Source: Thecamonas trahens ATCC 50062 (Eukaryota > Protista > Apusomonadida). From it: 64,000 nt of DNA. The DNA is taken from assembly GCF_000142905.1 (NCBI RefSeq), contig NW_013657662.1:372001-436000 (forward strand), in the 5' to 3' direction. Shown piece by piece: positions 60,315 through 64,000 of this stretch. The notes beneath the pieces are model-generated. The model saw only the letters and a program-made list of their open reading frames with translations, was not told the origin of the DNA and did no database searches. Within the stretch, counting starts at the first letter, position 1, and each line of letters opens with the position of its first letter. The position numbers and the translations under genes are program-made.

Positions 60315-61739
60315 CTACATGACAGGGCCAAGGTCGGCAAAGTAGCGGACAGCTTGGATGGCCTTGTTCTGCGAGATGGCGTAGACCGGGTCGACGGGCT
60401 GGAGGAGATTGAACGGCGAGCCAACAATGGTGAGCGATCCATCCGAGTTGTGCTGTGCCACAGAGAGGCCCGCCAAATTGTAGCATGTGTGGTAGTAGTC
60501 TGCATACCGCTCGGGCTTGTCCCGCAGCCCGCCACGCGGCTGCTGCGCAGCTACCAGGATGTAGTCCTGCAGCGCCTCCTGCGAGAACAGATGGCTGCCG
60601 CCGCGGACGAACCGGGCCTCAACAACCTCGCCGGGTGCGATGCTCTGTGGCGGTGCGTACATGGTTCCGACCTCATAGACAGAGTCGGCGCCGTGCGAGA
60701 GTGCCCAGGCCGCCATCGGCGGCACCGCGCCCTGCCAGAACGAGTAGCAGCCGTCGACAAGCTTGTTGGTCCGACCCTGGAACCCGCCCTCGACCCGCAT
60801 CTGCCGCGAAGCCACCCAGAACAGCAGCGGCTCCATCCGCAAAAGATGCGTTGAGCCCACGAGCAGCATCGCCGCCAGGCCGCAGTACGTGTAGCCGCCG
60901 TGCGGCTCGCTGCCGGGCAACGCGCCGATGCCGCCATCAAAGCCCTGGCACGATGCCACAAACTCACCGACCCCGCGCCGGAGCTCGTCGTCCAAAATGC
61001 CGGTAACGCTTGCCACATGAACAGCACAGTAAGAAGCACGAGTGTCGACCTCGCCGTCGTGGTGCATGCAGAACGCGCCACACTCTGCCTTGAGCGAGAG
61101 CAGCCACGACCGCAGCGCCGGACGGTCGATGACCTCATAGGCCTCGGGCGAGCCGACAATCGAGAGCGCGCAGACAGCTGCATAGGTTGGCGCCAGATGC
61201 GCCAGCTGGCCTGGCCCGCCGGCAAAGCCACCGTTTGGATCCTGGCAGTGGCTGAGGAACGAGATGACGCCGGCCTCCAGATCCTCCCCAAGCGGCGCGC
61301 CCATCAGATCCAGCGCGTTGAGGCACCAGTACACGATCCACGGCCGGGATGCGTCCAGCGTCTGATAGCCTGCACCAAGCCGACCCAGACCCCTCCGGAC
61401 AAAGCCCTCATGTCCGCCCTTATTGAGCACCATAGCCTCCACCGGCAGCCGACCCTCATCATCGCCCAGACCTCGAGTCGCCGAGCGAGTCCCAAAGCCA
61501 TCTTCATCCCCATCAGAAGCAGAAGCCACTTTCGACTCATGTGCAACGTCCAAACCCATAGCAGCACGTGCTAGTGCTACGAGGTGATCTCGCTCACAGT
61601 CTGGCGTGGGTGATGGGACGTAGTTGTCCAGCAACTCGACCACCGACGCCTCCACTCTCTGTTGCTCACGCGAGCTGTGTGAGGGCCAATGGTCATCATT
61701 GAACACAACCTCGTCCGCTCCTGCTCCCGTGCGAAGCAT
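60315..61739 (-). CDS. FNTB: Protein farnesyltransferase beta subunit
   Basis: LDASRPWIVYW, GGFAGGPGQLAHLAPTYAAV, GEVDTRASYCA, HGGYTYCG, GFQGRTNKLVDGCYSFWQ, DYYHTCY. Start at 61739 is tentative. Confidence 0.93.
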   Translation of the reverse strand: MLRTGAGADEVVFNDDHWPSHSSREQQRVEASVVELLDNYVPSPTPDCERDHLVALARAAMGLDVAHESKVASASDGDEDGFGTRSATRGLGDDEGRLPVEAMVLNKGGHEGFVRRGLGRLGAGYQTLDASRPWIVYWCLNALDLMGAPLGEDLEAGVISFLSHCQDPNGGFAGGPGQLAHLAPTYAAVCALSIVGSPEAYEVIDRPALRSWLLSLKAECGAFCMHHDGEVDTRASYCAVHVASVTGILDDELRRGVGEFVASCQGFDGGIGALPGSEPHGGYTYCGLAAMLLVGSTHLLRMEPLLFWVASRQMRVEGGFQGRTNKLVDGCYSFWQGAVPPMAAWALSHGADSVYEVGTMYAPPQSIAPGEVVEARFVRGGSHLFSQEALQDYILVAAQQPRGGLRDKPERYADYYHTCYNLAGLSVAQHNSDGSLTIVGSPFNLLQPVDPVYAISQNKAIQAVRYFADLGPVM

Positions 61740-62112
61740 GTAGTCGAGGCGCGAGGGAACGGTGTGGTGGAGAGGAGTATGACTAGGTGTCAAGGTAAGC
61801 GGGGAGTGGCGTGGGGGGGTGACTGTCCCATCCCCCTTCCCCGTCTCGACTGCTCGCCCGGCTCGGCTGGCGGTCGTCACATGTACTCGCTCGCTCTCGC
61901 TCGATCTCGCCAGAAAGTCACCGTCCAGGCTGAAAGGGGGGGGAGGAGAGGGGGGGGAGTGTGTGTGTTTGGGCCGTACGGATAGTTGGTACGGGATGGA
62001 GGGATGTTGTATGCTGTTGTGCATCGGCACGTTGTTGGTCTTGATCTGTTGCCTAGAGGGCGTGATGAGGTGAGCCGGGTGAGGCCAGGAGGGCCCTATG
62101 CTGTGGCATTGC

Positions 62113-62814
62113 TCATCTGGGATCGATGGCGGCGTAGTTGTCAGGAAGCGCGAGGTCGTAGCCGGCCAGGATGGCAACGCGGGGGTTGAGTAGGTCGCGG
62201 AGTTTGCGGAGGCGGGCGAGGTGGCCCTCGATCCGCGCAACGCGGGGATCTTTGTCGGCGTCCGACGCACTTACGCCATCCTTATCGGCAGCAGCCTTGC
62301 CATAGACAGCGCGGCCAAGGACAGCTAGCTCATTGACACCAAACCGGCGCCACAGCGGCGATGGCTGGATGAGATACAACCGGATGCGGGTGATGGCCGG
62401 CTGCGGATCAGGCAGGCGACAGCTGATTACCTTTGTCAGCGGTGAGGCAGACATGGAATCGTCTGCACCCTCTCCATCAGCGGATCTGGGCGCCACCACA
62501 AGAATGATCCAGGCCTCGGCATCAGTCTCGAGATGGGGATCGGCCATGAGCTTGACGACATCCATATCAATCCAACGATCATCAGCCACTTCATCATCGC
62601 CAGTATCATCATTTGCCCGAAGATACGAGAGTCTCAACGCGGCGGTGTAGTAGTTACGAAAGGCGATGACGGCCAGCGCCGCCGAGCTCTCCTTCAGCGT
62701 CAGCTCCTGGTACACCGGACATGGACGGCTTCCTGGCGGAGCAAAGACCTGTGGATGGAGAACAAAGCTCAAGTCAACAACCTCGAGCCCATCCTCTCCT
62801 TCTCCTGTACTCAT
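62113..62814 (-). CDS. NICN1: Nicolin-1-like (tubulin polyglutamylase complex subunit)
   Basis: IAFRNYYTA, LMADPHLETDA, IRLYLIQPSPLWRRF. Confidence 0.8.
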   Translation of the reverse strand: MSTGEGEDGLEVVDLSFVLHPQVFAPPGSRPCPVYQELTLKESSAALAVIAFRNYYTAALRLSYLRANDDTGDDEVADDRWIDMDVVKLMADPHLETDAEAWIILVVAPRSADGEGADDSMSASPLTKVISCRLPDPQPAITRIRLYLIQPSPLWRRFGVNELAVLGRAVYGKAAADKDGVSASDADKDPRVARIEGHLARLRKLRDLLNPRVAILAGYDLALPDNYAAIDPR

Positions 62815-63829
62815 CCCCTTCTTCTTCAGCCGTAGTCACGTGCCTCGGCCTCAGCCCTAGCTCTTGCCCGCTCGTCGAGGCCGGTGTGGTCTCGGTTCGA
62901 CTGGTTGAGCTGGTCGGCCACCACACCGACGTCCGATCAGATTGGCCTCACAGTAGGATAGGATTGAGCCAGCTAGTGCTTGACTATGCCTCATTTTTGC
63001 CAATCTCTGCCATCATCATCATTGCGCACGAGTCCTCATCGCCTTGAAGTACAGAGCAAGCGAGTGAGAGCAGCTGAGCCCACTCTTCCCCGCCCCACAC
63101 ATTGCCCTCCCCCCCCTCTATTCCGACTCCGATCTTCTCCTCCATCTTCTCCATCCCCGTATCCCTGCATGTGTGATTCCCTCTTTTGCGATCGATCATC
63201 CAACCATAACTTCATTCCCCAGCTCTCCAGCTCGCTTCCTCGACTGGCTTCCTCGCTGGCGTGCGCGCAAGCGCTTGGTCGCCGGCTACCTGACAGCCAC
63301 CCAAACGCGCCTTCTTCCCCTCTCCAAACTCCAGTCCGACACCTGGCTCCCCGTCCCAGGCCCACCATGACCACAGAAGCCTCCCGCTGTCTCGTACGTA
63401 TATCCATTCCCACCTATACCTATGTCTATCCCCTAATCCAAGCCTCAAGCTCATTCCCTACATACACAACACCTCCTTATGTGTGTCTGTCTGTCTGCAT
63501 ACATGATGACGCTTGGGGCGTTGATCACCTGGTTGATCACGTAGGGCTGATCGATCACCGGGTTGATCACCCGCCCTCCCCCGCGCCCCCGCCACTCCCT
63601 CATACTCTCAAACTCCCTCTCCCCCACCCCCCCCCCTTCCGACCCATGCACCACCCACTAACCCCTTCCTCCTTCTCATCTCCTTCATCTCCTTTACTCT
63701 CTCTCATCGCTCAGAACCGGAGTCTGGCCTCGCTCCTCGCCAGACAACCTGGCCGAAAGGCCTCGTCGGCGGGGGAAAGTGGTCACAGCGAGCTGGTACG
63801 CACGCGTGCCTAGGCCACTGACCCAAGAG

Positions 63830-64000
63830 TCCGCCCCCCTTCCCCCCCCCTCCCCTCCCTCCCTCCTCTCCCTCCCTCCCCCCCCCCCCCCGGCCCCCCC
63901 TACTCCCAGCCTACCACTCCCACCGCCCACCGCCCACCGCCGCCCCCTTCCTTCCCCCTTCCCCTTCCCCTCCCCCCCCCCTTCGCCTGCCCCCTTCCCT
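63830..64000. repeat. C-rich low-complexity tract
   Basis: Poly-C/CT runs up to the window end. Confidence 0.85.

Noticed and set aside
25882-61739. Functional cluster of farnesyltransferase with the CaaX LRR protein, or of Rit1 with the tRNA array
   Set aside because: Each pair is separated by more than 30 kb of unrelated genes, so there is no evidence of linkage.
60315-62814. NICN1-FNTB fusion or long FNTB N-terminus
   Set aside because: NICN1 has its own stop at 62113, and the intervening sequence is C-rich promoter- or intron-like. No supportable splice path was found.
62980-63813. 277-aa ORF near the window end
   Set aside because: Non-ATG start in low-complexity C-rich sequence with no protein signal, although small exons cannot be excluded.

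Overview
GC-rich, very gene-dense window from a eukaryotic protist nuclear genome. It has short spliceosomal introns (GTACGT/GTAAGT donors) near gene 5' ends, poly-C/poly-G tracts and one N-gap at 41975-42256. The gene content (cilia genes EFHC1, CFAP298, NICN1, plus MYDGF, PHTF, CD36, Rit1, PEPC) and style suggest a flagellated protist, possibly an apusomonad such as Thecamonas (inference only). About 36 protein genes can be supported. The standout feature is at 37414-38144: a tandem array of four ~194-bp units, each with a class II tRNA gene. Each tRNA body looks like bacterial tRNA-Leu (D-arm GGCGAAATTGGTAGACGC, A15:U48, TGTCC-N4-GGACG variable arm), but the anticodons are the serine UCN set AGA, TGA, CGA, CGA. 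A hairpin plus T-tract follows each tRNA. The spacers are nearly invariant while the anticodon arms vary. Other notable items: a bacterial-type PEP carboxylase with a mitochondrial-like presequence, a C53/CDK5RAP3 lacking its shuffled-AIM region, a receptor pseudo-cyclase, a dual kinase with 410 bp of near-identical DNA, an AT-rich island, and five same-direction frameshifts. All family assignments come from motif recognition by eye, not database searches.
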